A stretch of DNA of 64,000 nucleotides from Lama guanicoe (taxonomy: Eukaryota): NCBI GenBank assembly GCA_013239625.1, contig MU054120.1, forward strand, positions 310,001-374,000, read 5' to 3'. The translations under genes and the position numbers were made by a program. Numbering within the stretch: the first letter of the stretch is position 1; each line of letters opens with the position of its first letter. Under the pieces are notes generated by a model, which did no database searches, was not told the DNA's origin, and saw only the letters and a program-made list of their open reading frames with translations. Shown piece after piece: positions 1 through 12,688 of the stretch.

Positions 1-200
1 AATGGGATCGTTGTCTTTATGAAAAAAGCCTAAGAGCTCTCCCTTGCCCATTCTGCCATGTGACAACATGAAAAGATTGCCATCGATGAACTGGGAAGCT
101 AGTTCTCCCAGAAAATGAATTTGCTGGCACCTTAATCTTGGACTTCCCAGCCTCTGGAAACCCTCCAAGTCTACGGTATTTTGTTACAGCAGCCTCGACA
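1..200 (+). mobile_element. MaLR LTR, 3' part (MLT1A/MLT1A0-like), truncated by the window edge
   Basis: MLT1 motifs 'ctgccatgtga', 'gctggcaccttaatcttggacttcccagcctc' and 'ggtattttgttacagcagcc'. Confidence 0.8.
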
Positions 201-207
201 GAGGGCA

Positions 208-564
208 GAAGATGTGATTAAGTTAAGGACCTCGAGAGAGGAGCTTATCCTGGATTATTCAGGTGGTCCTTAAATGCAGTGTATTCCTATGAAAAGAGAG
301 TTTAGAGACAGAGTGGAAAACACAGAAAGGAGACAGTGTATATGAAAATGAGGCAGAGCAGGAAGCGATGCAGCCACAAGCCAAGGAACGCTGACGGCCA
401 CCAGCAGCTGGAAAAGGCATGGAGCAAACTCTTTCCTGGAGCATCTTTAAGGAGCACCGTCCTGCTGAGAGCTTAGCCTCCAAGAAGTGAGAATAAGTGT
501 CTACTTACTGTTTTAAGCTACCAATTGTAGTAATTTGTTAGGGCAGCCCTAAGAAACTAATACA
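208..564 (+). mobile_element. MaLR LTR (MLT1C/D-like)
   Basis: 'gatgtgattaagttaagga...ttatcctggattattcaggtgg', 'gcagccacaagccaaggaa', and the end 'gtaatttgttagggcagccctaagaaactaataca'. Confidence 0.8.
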
Positions 565-594
565 GCAGTAGTGATGACATTGTTTATTAAAGCC

Positions 595-1030
595 ATGAAC
601 CCAGCAGTTCCACACAAACATGTTTTTCTTACATAAATATTCATACAGCTTTGCAAAGAAACATGTACAGGATGTCCAGGACAGCATCATTTATAACTGT
701 GGAAAACTGAAAGTCACTAGGAAAACGGGTAAATTGCTGCACATTCATAACAAATGACCACAGAACCATAAAAAGAATGAGGTAGACCTATATGCGCTGA
801 TGTGGGACATTGTTAAAAGTGCAATAAATGCAGTTAACAGTAAGCTATCAAACAAAAATGATTCCATTTATTTTAAAGTATATACACACAGACACTTAGG
901 TCTATTTATTTGTATTTGCACACAAATTATCTAGAACAATTCGTGAAAAGCTATTAATAGCAGGTGACATTGGAACGTGGTTCTATATAATTTACCTAAT
1001 GAGTATATCATATCTTTCTATTAAAAACTG
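595..1030 (+). mobile_element. Old L1 (L1ME-like) 3' fragment
   Basis: Decayed ORF2-end/3'UTR motifs 'aaagaaacatgtacaggatgt' and 'aaaaagaatgaggtagacctatatgcgctgatgtgg'. Confidence 0.6.
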
Positions 1031-1237
1031 TACAAAATGGCTAAACATAAAATTTCAGCATGCAAATATAAATATATCCCTTTATATGTTAACTTGGTTG
1101 TAAGTTATAACAGGCACTTCTATTTGTATTACACATACAATTTTCGTATCTGTTTTTCCCCTATGATTTTTTCCTGCTAGCTAAATTTTAATCAACGGAG
1201 GCACAAAGGAATTGACTGCCGTTTATGGATCTTATCC

Positions 1238-1428
1238 AATAGTTCTCACTATGTGATCCCTGGTTAAGCAGCAAAAGCATAACCTGGCACCTTGCTAGAA
1301 ATGTAAATTCTGGGGGCACCGCCTCCGACTGAATGGACTGAAGCTCCAGAAGTGAGGCCCAGAAAACTGTAACTTAACAAGTCCCCCAGTGACTGATGCC
1401 CACTGATGTCTGACAGTTGCCGGTCTAG
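1238..1428. mobile_element. MER5A-like hAT-Charlie DNA transposon
   Basis: 'agttctcact atgtgatccc...cagcaaaagcataacctgg...cttgctagaaatgtaaattctggg...gaggcccagaaaactgt...aacaagtcccccagtgactgatgc'. Confidence 0.75.
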
Positions 1429-1479
1429 GCTCTTCCTCTAGCACACCTGCAAGTGTTAGCTGCAATAAATGCAATCAGC

Positions 1480-1835
1480 TACTTGCAGTTCTTGAGCCAT
1501 CCCGCGGCTTCACAACCCCATATACCGCCTGCTGTTTCCTCCAACTGCAGCATTCCTCACGCTACCTTCCTCCACCTGACGGGCTCCCATCTGTAACTTA
1601 AGACACGTAAGGACATCATCTCCCCTGTCCTTGAGGTCGGACTTTGCTCCAATCCTAAGTCCTGTACACATTTTTACCATAACACGCATATCACGTAACA
1701 TCATGTACATCACATTTACTTGACACTCTCTGTGTTCTTGAGAACAGGATCTATATCTTATTTCACTTTATTCTCAGAACACAGTAGGTGTTCAATAAAT
1801 AGTCTCAAAGATACAAAGGTGAACGAGAAATGAAT
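1480..1835 (+). mobile_element. L2 3' fragment
   Basis: Ends in the L2 terminus 'cttgagaacaggatctatatctta...acacagtaggtgttcaataaat'. Confidence 0.6.
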
Positions 1836-1919
1836 GTTTTGGAAATCAGTATTTGCATCACTTTTGAATTAACATACAGCTAGGCAGCACAGGAAAAAAA
1901 AAAAACCAAAACACTCTTC

Positions 1920-2065
1920 TTGAAGTCAAAACTCCCTGAACTCAAGCCCATATTCCACTATGTTCTAGATGTATCATTTAACTTCTCATATTCTTCCACT
2001 GTAAAACGAGAATTTTAACAGTGAATATCTCCAAACTTGGTGTTAATTAAGCATTCAGTAAGGGT
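1920..2065 (+). mobile_element. MIR fragment
   Basis: Core-like 'tcatttaacttctc...ttccactgtaaaacgaga...aacagt'. Confidence 0.45.
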
Positions 2066-4389
2066 CTATAATAATTATTAGTAGAATCATCATCCAATAG
2101 CATTAACAGTATGTAGTCTATTCTGGTCTGGATAATAGTAGTCAGCCCAAAATTATTTTACATATGTTTTCATGTTTAGAGAAAAATGTTTTTTTTTTAA
2201 CCTGTTAGTATGCTTGCAGTCTCTTCTTCTCTCCCAGTGCCATACCATTAAAAAATCTCTATGGCTCCACAGCCATGGAGGATGACAATAGATAAGTGTG
2301 TTTTTATTCTGTTCTCCTCACATCCCCAGTTTTTAAAGCCACACAAAACTTCCCAGGAACAAAATCTTACTCAGAATCCCAGCCCCCAGGGTCACAGAGA
2401 CCCTGGTCTCTCCCTAGTATCATTCCCTGACTCCCTCCCTAAACAGTCCCTGAGGTTCCCCTTAAAATGCTTAGAATTTCTTGGAGCATAGTTGGAAAGT
2501 CATTTACACTGCCTTTCTCACCTCTTGTATTTAGGGACATTCTCTGGTCAACATGGAGGAAAATGGAATTATATCTCAGAGATTGGGGGCATCACATTTT
2601 GCATTTAGTCTTTAAAGATTTTCTGGTCTTTTATCTTCCCTCCATTTGAAAAGAAGGTCATTCATTAACTGGCACGAGAAAAGAGAAATTAAAAAACAAA
2701 AACAAAAACAAAACCACAACTCCTGGATGTTTCTAAGAAGATTACAGGGTCAGAGAATATCTTCCTCACTTTCCTATTAAAAAGATCTTCTTAAAAAGCT
2801 GAACAAGAGAAAAAAAAATCCGTAAGATCACCCGATACCAATGATGAGATTCAGAAATATGCTAGAATCCCCTAGAAGTTTCTGTGAAATACAGCACTGC
2901 TGGGGGCAGGACTGAGAAACCGTAGCACAGCAAGGGGACTGACTCAACCTGGCCAGAGGCACGGCGTGACATGGCCTTGCCCTTCACGGCAGTAAGTTCC
3001 CCTGGGCCACTCACTCCTCTGCCCACCAGGGGCTGAAGCTACTTATGAACCATCGCTCTTTCAGAATCCTGGACAAGCGTTTAGTTCCACCTATGACACA
3101 TCACTCTGTCAGCTGTGGGCTCATGATCCTATGACCCCTGTCCCTCATCGCCCTTGTGTAACCGTGTCTGCTGTGCGGGAAAACTAAAGACAGCCCACAG
3201 GCCCGACTCTGGGAAGTGGCTGACTGCATTACAGTCATCCGCTGGATAAACTGTCGAAACTACATTAAATAACAGTTATGAAATTACATAATAACGTGAG
3301 AAATATTTACTATATAGTGTTCATGGAAAAAACTTTATGACTGTAAAATTCAAAATACGTGACAAAAGTGATGCATAAAAAGAAAATATATAGGCCAGTA
3401 GTGCTAGGGTGAGGACGGTAGGAAAGAGGATATTTCTTTAGTTACTCAAATATGGGGTACACTATTACAATATCTTGATATATAAAATAAGTTAATATTA
3501 TACATTTAAATATTCATCCTAATTTTGGTCTTTATTTCTGCTATGAAATATATTTTAATTTTAACTAGCCTATAGCAGATTCAAATGTGAATGGTAATAT
3601 AGTGAAATTGGAAGCTGTATTTTATGTAGAGATCTTGCCTCTATTTTTAAGTTCCTTTTTTTGTTTGTTTTATGCCATCTTGCTTTTAGTTATGCCTAAG
3701 TGAGATAATGAGGCTCTTGTAGAAGCTGTAAAGATTATACCCAGAGATGGCCCCCACACTTACATGTAGCTATAAACCACATTGGCTGATTACCAATTAC
3801 CTACATAAATAACATCTACCGTTACACGTCAGTTGACACTTTAATATGAATTTCCTCGTAATTCTGTTTCTAGCCATTCTGCAGACGATGCAACTGAAAT
3901 TCAGCCATGTCAATTATCCTGTTTTACGTCTACCTGCAACATTTCACTCTTGAACCAGGCTTTTATAGAGCTGGGCAATACACTTCCTACGACCTCTGCG
4001 TTACTTCTGAGTCATGGACGGCTTGAACTGTGCATCTCTCCACCCACCCTCTCCACCTACTGTGGCTCATCCGTCCTAGTACTTGCTTTGCTGGTGGCCA
4101 CTTGCCTGGGTCTTCTGCCTCCCATCCATTCCAGCTGCGTGTTTCCCCCTAAGACTTCAGGAGACACTCGGTTAGTTGCTAATTTGGTAATTTTGCCAAA
4201 ATAAGAAGAAGAAACAAAAGCTGAAGCCCACAGACAATTAACCATCCACTGAATTTAGGACAACGTCATCGGAGGTCAGGAGTGACACTTCAGAGGGGGA
4301 GGCTCGGGAGCTCTTAGGAACCCAACCGACTCATCAGTTGCTTCTTCCTCTATATACTTACGAGTGAATAAAACTGGTCATTTTATTTT

Positions 4390-4755
4390 TTGTTCATAAT
4401 TATTTGTCTCCTACCCACACTTGCCATGCTTCTCTGCAGGCAAAGTATATTCCATACCCACTGACTCTGGACTTTGAAAATGGAATATAAGCCTATGACC
4501 TATATAGTCCACGTCCAAGAGTGTGCTTACAATGCATTTGCACATTTGACTCTGTATCTGTGTCTTTACCTCCCAATCTGAGAACCTGCCCCTTTAGTCT
4601 GAATCCCTGAAAATAAAAAAATGCTTGAAGGTCGCCAAGACCATCAGAGCCACCCAGAGTGATAGCTTGATCATAGCCTTCAAGTGGCATAAACGAGAAA
4701 TCAATATTTGTTGTTGTCAGCCCTAAGATACTGGAATTGTTTGATAAAACAACAA
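4390..4755 (+). mobile_element. Old MaLR LTR (MLT1J/K-like)
   Basis: 'aagtatattccatacccactgactctggact' at the start and 'gagaaatcaatatttgttgttgtcagcc...gattgtttg'-type motif at the end; followed by MaLR internal sequence. Confidence 0.55.
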
Positions 4756-4763
4756 AATCTGAG

Positions 4764-4862
4764 CGTGGACAACAGCTCAGTGGTAGAGTGTGTGCTTAGC
4801 ACACATGAGTTCCTGGGTTCAAACCCCAGTACCTCCATTTAAAAAAAAAAAAAGAAAAAAAA
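4764..4862 (+). mobile_element. tRNA-Ala-derived SINE (camelid Vic-1-like)
   Basis: A box 'agctcagtgg', B box 'ggttcaaacc', 'agtacctcca' then poly-A. TSD aaaatctgag at 4754-4763 and 4859-4868. Confidence 0.9.
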
Positions 4863-4868
4863 TCTGAG

Positions 4869-5640
4869 AGTGGGTATGTAAAACAAAATCCTAACATATG
4901 TGGCACTGGCTTTAGAGATGGACAGCTGGTGGTGAGGACCCTGTAAGAAGAGGTTCGAAAAATGACAGCTTCTGTTAGGCAGTGGCAAACTGCTTGGTAA
5001 AACTTTGCCTATGGTATCTCGAAAGGCAGAAAATAAACACAATGCAGTTGGGGTTCTCGGATGAGAGGTATGGAGAAACATGTTGGTAGCGTGGGTTGCT
5101 TGTCATTAGCTCTGTTTCAGAAGTGCTAGGAGGGACCATGAAGACATAATAGGTTTGATCAGTTTACATGCAGAAATGAATAGGGAGAAGGGACAATCCA
5201 CGTGTCACAGGACTTACAGGGGTGAAAGATACATTATTCCCCTGTCCTTAGCTTGGTAAAACATTTTCAAGGGAAGACACTCCTTCAGGGCAAAACTAAA
5301 TCAAAAGGTCACTAGAGCAAGGAAAAGAGCAAACCAACAGTGTGGCCTCAAGACCTTTTCTTAAAATCTTTTATAGGCTTAAGTCAGACACCAGGAAAGT
5401 CTTTCACTCTGAAAAACAGTGAAAGTGGAGGTGGAGAAAAGCACAATGGTGCAGTCCCTGGTCTAATAAACTCAAGTTTTCTATCATTCCACATATTTAG
5501 AGCCTCACACAGAACTGAGAGTATGACTACTTGCGCTAACTAAAACCAAATAATCAAAAAACTAGTTTTGCTAAAGATAATACTATAAAATGTGTGACTA
5601 GCCTGGATAGAAAAGGATTGTGACCGTTGGAAGTGTGAAA
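4869..5640 (+). mobile_element. MaLR internal sequence (MLT1-int-like), decayed
   Basis: 'cctaacatatgtggcactggctttagag' and 'cagtggcaaactgcttggtaaaact' are typical of MLT-int. The 3' limit is uncertain. Confidence 0.55.
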
Positions 5641-5754
5641 TGCCCCAGTGATGGAAATAGCTCCAGGGTCCTGTGGCTTGGCTTTACGTCACATACAGAG
5701 ACATAACACTGCGAAAAATGTAAATACATATATCACGATAAATGCCACTAAAGT

Positions 5755-5872
5755 GTTAGTGACCCTTTGAGCAAGTGACATTCACACTGGCTCTTAGCTT
5801 CCTCATTTGTGAAGAGACAGAGCAGCGCTGTGTTCTCAGAAATCCCTCTCAGCTCATTTTTGATTCCATGGC
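5755..5872 (+). mobile_element. MIR/MIR3 fragment
   Basis: 'gtgaccctttgagcaagtgac...cttagcttcctcatttgtgaa...ccctctcagctc...tgattccatg'. Confidence 0.45.
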
Positions 5873-7749
5873 ACTAGAACATGTCGTTCTGTTTTATAGA
5901 CTTTCTTAGCATGTGAAATAAGAATTTCTTCACTTCTCTGGGAAAATTCTACTGTTGTTCAAAAATAACAAATGAACAGATAGACATTGTTTGAACAAGT
6001 TTTCCAAGATTCTAAAAATTATGGGCTGAATGAGGAAAGGTCTTTTGAAAGAGTCATCCGAGGGAACTGTATTACATAAGCAGACAGGGTCATGTGCTTA
6101 ATTAAACACAGAGGATCCTGGAAGTCAAGCATTAGTTCCTTAAGTGTGCTTAGAATTCTATTCAATTCCCAAATCACAGTTTACTTTCCATAAAAATAAG
6201 ATCACTGTGTGAGATCCTCAGAGGAACTGGTTAGTTCTGAAGAATTTTTCATTTATCAAGATAAAATGCTGAAACATATTTTGTGCCCTTTAACAGAATC
6301 TGTTCTCCTAGAAGTGGGACAATTTTGTTCCACGTTGCAAATAAACCACATGAAGATATTATTCAAAGACAGAATGAAAACAGCCCCTCACACACTATAT
6401 GTTCAAAATGTTTTAAAGAATGATGTCTTTCACTTTCAATTCATACATTATATAGTTTTAGCTCCGATATTTGCCAAATTTCATACTCTTAAATAAAAAA
6501 AAGGTGGAAATCATGTCAATCATATATTGGTTGATAAAAATATCATGTTCAATAGAATTTAAATAGTCACTAAAGATATCATTAATAACGTATGAGCTGA
6601 CGGTGTACAAACATTCTAAAAGGTATCTATGCCTCCTGTCAAACTTACCTATAAAGTTTATGACACTGACAACAGTGGGAATGTTAACTGCAGTCATTTC
6701 TTACGAAAGATCAATAAAACCCAGCTGAAACAGGAGGCAGAGCCAAAAGCGATCATTTTCCTCACGTTTTATGACATCCCCAAGGTTCACCAAGAAGATC
6801 CTCTCAAAGGAAGGAAGCCTCCTTGGAAAGCCCCGTGGAGCTCGCAATTTCAAGCCCTTGCATTTAGAATCGGAAGTTCTCGTTACGTGACATTCACTGA
6901 ACACGGATAATGAAGTTGGTGCTGACTGGAACAAAAACCAACCCGATGTTAAACAGAACCCGGGTGAGAGCTGCAGGAGCTGCTGGAAAGAAATCAATCG
7001 GTTCAATCCTGCGTGTCACTTCAAGAAGGTCACCAGAGAGAAGCCTCAGCCCGAATGCAAAGAAAAGAAAAACTTCCCTTTCCCCTGCCCTTACTGTATG
7101 ACTGAAGACGGCGGATCCCCCGAAAACACACAAACAAGCAGACACGGTCCTCTGAGAAGTGATGACACGCCTGCACCAAACCGAAGTAGGAGGAAGGTCC
7201 TTGCACACTGCGTCCACCCGGTCCCCCTTAGCACTCTCCCAAGGGCCTGTCGGCTACCCTCTTCCAGGTCTGGCTGCCAACCAGGCCGGGAAGTTTTATT
7301 AGTTTAATTTGGCTTCCACCTCGCCCTTTCCCCTGACATTCTAGCGTCCACCCCTCCTCCCCGACCAGAGACGCTCCTGCTGCTGGGGCCAGGTCTGTTC
7401 CAGGCGGTCACTCAGCTTTGTTCTCACTCTGCTGCAGTCTGGATGTCAAGCTCACTCCCTGGCCCTTAGGCTGCCTTTACAGTCCGTGATGCACAAGACA
7501 GTGCGATGCTTTCTCTGACCTTTTGTTTGCCCGTCCCCTGCCTCCCAGCCCGATGGACAGCAGGACAAGAGGCTGAGTAGGAGCCACAGGCTGTCACCCC
7601 TTCTGCCCTGCTCCAGGGAATGACAACACTCTAGACGTGGGAACAGCAGGATGGGGGACTCCTGTCTTTCCCCGCCATCTCAAACACACCACTCCTTCCT
7701 GTTCCGTCCTAGAGAAAAAGGCATCTCTCGTTTTCTCAGGCTGTCCATT

Positions 7750-8830
7750 TACTTGTCATCACTGATGATGATGAAGTGTCTCTTGCCTGCCTCAGCGATC
7801 TGGCTCCAATCATTTTCACACTTTACTTTCAATGTATCAGTCTTTTCTTTAGCCCACAAAATGTGTTTATCTCCTCAAGCCTAAAAATAGTGGGAAAGCA
7901 TAACCTTCTGTAGATCCTCTTTTTGTCTGGTGTTGTTGCTGGATTTTTCTCATCCTCACTTTGAAACTTCACAAGAGGCCACCTTTCCTTGTAACCTCTT
8001 CTTTCTCACCACCTACTCCTCATTCCTTCCTTCAGCTCTTTCTCTTGCAAGTTTCACTGAATAAATGTTCTCTTGAAGATGAGCTGACTTCCTGGCTTCC
8101 AAAGCCACTGGGCCTTGTCTCATTCCAGTTTTCCATCGTATTAGCAATTTTTAATTGAGGCTTTGGCTTCTGTCCCACTGTATCATTGAAGCTCCTGCCA
8201 CGGCTAGATTTTGCCTTCAGGTCCAACATACGTGAGCTATCCTAAAGGTTTTATTGTTGACTCTCCTCTCTCTTTACAAACTCTCCACAATATTTTCCAC
8301 CTTTATAAATCCAGCTACTGCATTTATACTTGGTGTCTCCCAGTTCTCCATCCTTGGTGCTATTCCTTTTCCTAAGTTAAAATTCTTTTCTGCCTGCTTC
8401 CTGGACATTTTCAAAAGGATGCCTCACTGAAATGTTAAATTCCCTCAAGTCTGTTAATTGTAATGATAGTCGGCCCCGAGGCTGAAAGATTGAGTTCTTC
8501 CTCCCCCTCACCTTTTTTAAAGTCATCTTCTCTTTAATAGCTCTTAAATACGTCTTTCGTTCCACCTCTCTTTTTGACCACTGTGGTTCACATGCTCCTC
8601 TCACACAGTCCCCTAAAGAACTGTCTCATCTTCAGTCTCTCTTCCTCGCCTCCCACACCTCTCTGCACTTCCAGCCTCTCTTCAGAATCAGTCTACCAAA
8701 AGCACTCCATCTCTCCATTGGGTTACTCCATCACTCAGAGATTTCAATGGAACACCAAAGCCTGGACTCCAAGACATTACAAAATGTGACTACATCAAAT
8801 TTTTCTCGCCCATTTTTACCAGTCTGTTTT
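7750..8830 (+). mobile_element. L2 ORF2/3' region, decayed
   Basis: Pyrimidine-rich. 'catttatacttggtgtctcccag...tgcttcctggacattttc...ggatgcctc' corresponds to the L2 YADDSQ...CLLDIS.WM region. Confidence 0.6.
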
Positions 8831-9168
8831 AAATTGCAGATTTAAATCCCACTGTACCAGGAAACACCTGCCTCACAGGGTGCTTATAGGCATTCCAGGG
8901 AAATGATCTGGTAGACCTGAGAAATTCTTTACTGAATGGTACACTTACTTCACAATTTCTCGACGTCTTCCCTATGTTAATGGGCATTTCTATTTGCTTT
9001 AGTTACAGAATGCAGAACTCCCAGATTTGTTTTAGTGCAGAAAGCTTTTTCTCCAAGAAATCCCCCTTCTCTCCATTTATCTAATCCTATCGCATTGTCA
9101 TGTGATGAAATCACACCCATCCTTCCACACAAATAAACACCTTTTAAAATAAAATCACGAAATTATTT

Positions 9169-9677
9169 TTTAACGAGTTACAGTCATTTTACAATGTTTT
9201 TTCCAATTCCAGTGTAAAGCACAATTTTTCAGTTATACATGAACATACATATATTCATTGTCACATTTTTTCCCACTGTGAGCTACCACAAGATCTTGTA
9301 TATATTTCCCTGTGCTATACAGTATAATCTTGTTTATCTGTTCTGCATTTTGAAGTCCCAGTCTGTCCCTTCCCACCCTCTTCCCCCTTGGCAACCACAA
9401 GTTTGTATTCTATGTCTATGAATCTGTTTCTGTTTTATATTTATGTTTTTTTTTTTTTTTAGATTCCACATATGAGTGATCTCATATGGTATTTTTCTTT
9501 CTCTTTCTGGCTTACTTCACTTAGAATGACATTCTCCAGGAGCATCCATGTTGCTGCAAATGGCATTATGTTGTCGGTTTTTATGGCTGAATAGTATTCC
9601 ATCATATAAATATACCATAGCTTCTTTATCTAGTCATCTGATAATGGACATTTAGGCTGTTTTCATGTCTTGGCTAT
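9169..9677 (-). mobile_element. Young 5'-truncated L1 (camelid-type 3' end)
   Basis: Well-preserved antisense ORF2 end and 3'UTR ('catccatgttgctgcaaatggcatt', 'cttacttcacttagaatgac'). TSD gaaattattt at 9159-9168 and 9678-9687. Confidence 0.93.
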
Positions 9678-10047
9678 GAAATTATTTCTGAGAAAGGAAA
9701 ATCCCCCTTCTCTAAATTCTCAAATAAAGCTATTTGGTTATATCATACTCTAGTTTGTTTTTGAAATTATTCATGCCTCCCTCCCATCAGAGACTGTATC
9801 CTGAGACCATAAAACATGAATAAATCATATTTACATTCTTTATCGTGCTTTCCACAGTAACGTCAGCTGAGTAAAGAACTTCATTCCAGGATATGCAAAA
9901 ATTCACACCATTTAAAAAATAATAATGCACTTCTTCTAGCCCTCAGAAGGGAGACATTCATGTGCATTCTATTAAATAGCCCTCAAAAATAATATAATAA
10001 TCCAAACATGTCATTTGCTACTCATGCAATCCTGAAATAGACATTGG

Positions 10048-11287
10048 TGCTAGAATCATTATCTGGAGAGAATGATAAAGTTTAGATCTATTCAATGAAT
10101 TCAGTTCAAAAGGTAGAATTTATTTCAGTAAATAGGGTACGGGATTCACAAAGGACTAAATAAAAGTAAGTAAAAAAAAAAAATTCTGGCCTCACAAAAC
10201 ACTTTTATAAAGGCCAGCTGAGTTCCTGTCAAACTTTTTGGAATTTCTAGGATTAATTTCACCCAACTGGGTTGGGGTCAAACACATAAAATATATCACC
10301 AGGACCTTGGGGAGTAAAGCAGTGTTAAGGGATTCCCAGAGTCACAGGCTCTAATTGGCTCCTCTACGTGATGGAAGTAATTAGCTCTTTCAACCTAACC
10401 CTATCCTGGGAGGAGTTCAGCCTGACTGAGCCATGTTCCTCAAGGACCGAAGAAGAAATGACCAGTTATTCCCACAGCTGACCTTCTCAAAGGAGAGAGT
10501 AACAGAGAACTCCCCATCCAAATACAAGAGACTAAGAAAGGCTGTAAGTTCAGTCGCTATCTGCAACGTTATGCTCAGTCACACCTGACCTTAGAAGGGG
10601 CTGCAAAGTAAGAACTACTCTGCACCCCTCTTCACCCCTCACCATGCTTACACCTTGCTCTAATTTGTATGCATCTCCTGGTGAACACAGAGATTATCAC
10701 AACAGAGAATTTGGTTAGAAAAAATGTTATCAACAAGATAATTACAGACTGATGCCCTGTATAAAAAAGTAAAGAGGGAATTATTTTAGGTTAGGAGTAA
10801 CCTCACCCTGGGGTAGGAGGAAACACAAAAAGGGTTTACAGATATAGGAGCCCAATGTGAAGGAATTCTTGTTTTATTCACTTCTAGGAGTGCAGCCTGA
10901 AGAACCTCACCCTCTGCTCCCTGCCTTCTCCTCAATCCAAAAACTACAGCGAGTAAGACAATTCAATCTCAGTCTAAGATAGATATGACTAAATTCCTAT
11001 AAAATTCAGGATTGTTTTTCAACTCTGGTTAACTATTAGGTGGAAAACAGTATATTGGAAAATGTCCCCCGTGCTCTGCAATGCTCAGCTCCACGGCTCC
11101 TGAAAGCTCTCACAACAAACTCACTTACCCTCTGCTTCATTCTTCCTTGGCTCTGGGTCCCAGGGACTCAGCCTGGTTTCCAGTCTTGTCCATTGCCTCT
11201 CTGTCCTTTGTAGAAGTTCTGCTCTTACAGTCTGGACCTCAGAGTAGGCCAGTCTCCCTAAACCTGCCTTTCCTCAATGCCTTTACA
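10048..11287 (-). mobile_element. Ancient ERV solo LTR, tentatively LTR78-like
   Basis: On the minus strand it starts TG ('tgtaaaggcattgag'), contains a CCAAT, 'tttataaaa' and a downstream AATAAA, and can end in CA. Family is from recall and no TSD was found. Confidence 0.4.
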
Positions 11288-11559
11288 GTGAGAAAGAAAG
11301 GTGGTTACTAGTGATCACTGTGGAAAACACACGGAAATAGTAAAAATGATAAAAACGGGTAAGTTCCACTGCTTATGTAGTATTAACTGTGCTGGTCTTC
11401 AATCACAGATCCTGCCTCTCTCTGAGATGATAATTAAACTGGAAATGAGTTTCTATTCTGAGTTCTTATTCCTAGAGGTAAGCCTTACCACGCTTCATTC
11501 TAATTTTGCTCTGATGATTAAATCAAGGTAGAACATTGTTATTCTTGTTTCCGGCGTTT

Positions 11560-12240
11560 GTTCATTAGTGACTCACTTAACATCTACTGGGTATCTCATT
11601 TTATGCCAAAGATGGGGCCAGACACTGGAAATATAAAGATGACTAAGACAAAACACATTGTCCCAGACCTATGAAATAATTCAATCTAGGGGGTAAATTT
11701 TGAAGTAGATGGTTACAGCATAGTTTTATAACCATCATTAGATGGATAAATTCAGATTTCTATGAGGTTAAGAGGAGGAAAATCCAGAATAAATGATGAC
11801 AGTCAAGAAACAGTCTCAAGAAGGGTTGAAGACACACTGACATGGCTGAGCTGAATCTTGAAAGATGAACGGGAGCCACTCCTGGGATGGACTGGGATGT
11901 GGTAAGACTGGGGGTGGTAACAGATGGCCAAAAAAGTACTAGTTCTTATAACCTACAAATGAGAGGCAGCATGAAACCATGGTGTAGTTGAAAAGAAATT
12001 AGGGTAAAAGGGCACATGAGCTATTCATCTTAAAGTTCTGGAACTTATGTTCTCCTTCAGAACAAGAAAAGGACTTAGTTAGTCTGCATTTTGAGAAATA
12101 ATCCTAGAGGTAGATCAGAGACTATGGCTGAAGTGAGACAGAGGATATATCAACAAAGTAGTTAAATTCTATTGCAGTAGAATTTCTAGAAAAGCCATCA
12201 TAAAGCAGTAGCCACGGAGACAGACAGGAGGGCAGATATA
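11560..12240 (-). mobile_element. L2 fragment
   Basis: 'ccagacactggaaatataaagatgactaagaca' and 'gagctgaatcttgaaagatgaa'. Confidence 0.55.
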
Positions 12241-12249
12241 TTAAAAACA

Positions 12250-12688
12250 CTGCAATAACTACAATAATTGGGCAATGGATACATAATATAAAAAGAGGTA
12301 AATTGTGACATCAAAAACATCAAATGTGGGGCAGGGGGAGGAAAGGGTTTTTGTATGCAACCAGAGTTCAGTTGTTATCAGTATAAAACAGACCATGGTA
12401 AGCACAAAGCAAAAACCTACAGAAGAGACACAAAAGATAAAAGAGAATTTAAATAAGGTATACTATTAAAGAACATCAGTTCATAAAATACAGCAAGAGA
12501 GAAAAAAGGGAATAAAGGAGATATAAATTAGTAAAAGACCAATTAACAAGATAGCATTAGTAAGGCCTCGTCTATGGATAATTTCTTTAAATGTAAGTGG
12601 ATTAAATTCTTAATGAAAAGGTATACAATGACAAAAAAAAAAAAAAGACCCAACTATATACTATAGGAGAGTCACTTCAGCTTTAGGA
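12250..12688 (+). mobile_element. L1M inter-ORF spacer plus start of ORF2 (endonuclease), decayed
   Basis: 'ataatttctttaaatgtaagtggattaaattct' (IISLNVSGLNS, cf. L1 ITLNVNGLN) and 'aaagacccaactata...gagagtcacttcag'. Confidence 0.8.

Noticed and set aside
9170..9390. Inverted similarity to 54984-55210 as a large inversion or long hairpin
   Set aside because: Both are independent insertions of the same L1 subfamily, each with its own TSD, about 45 kb apart.
9057..9713. 15-bp direct repeat aaatcccccttctct on both sides of the L1
   Set aside because: It lies outside the true TSD; likely an older small local duplication with no interpretable function.
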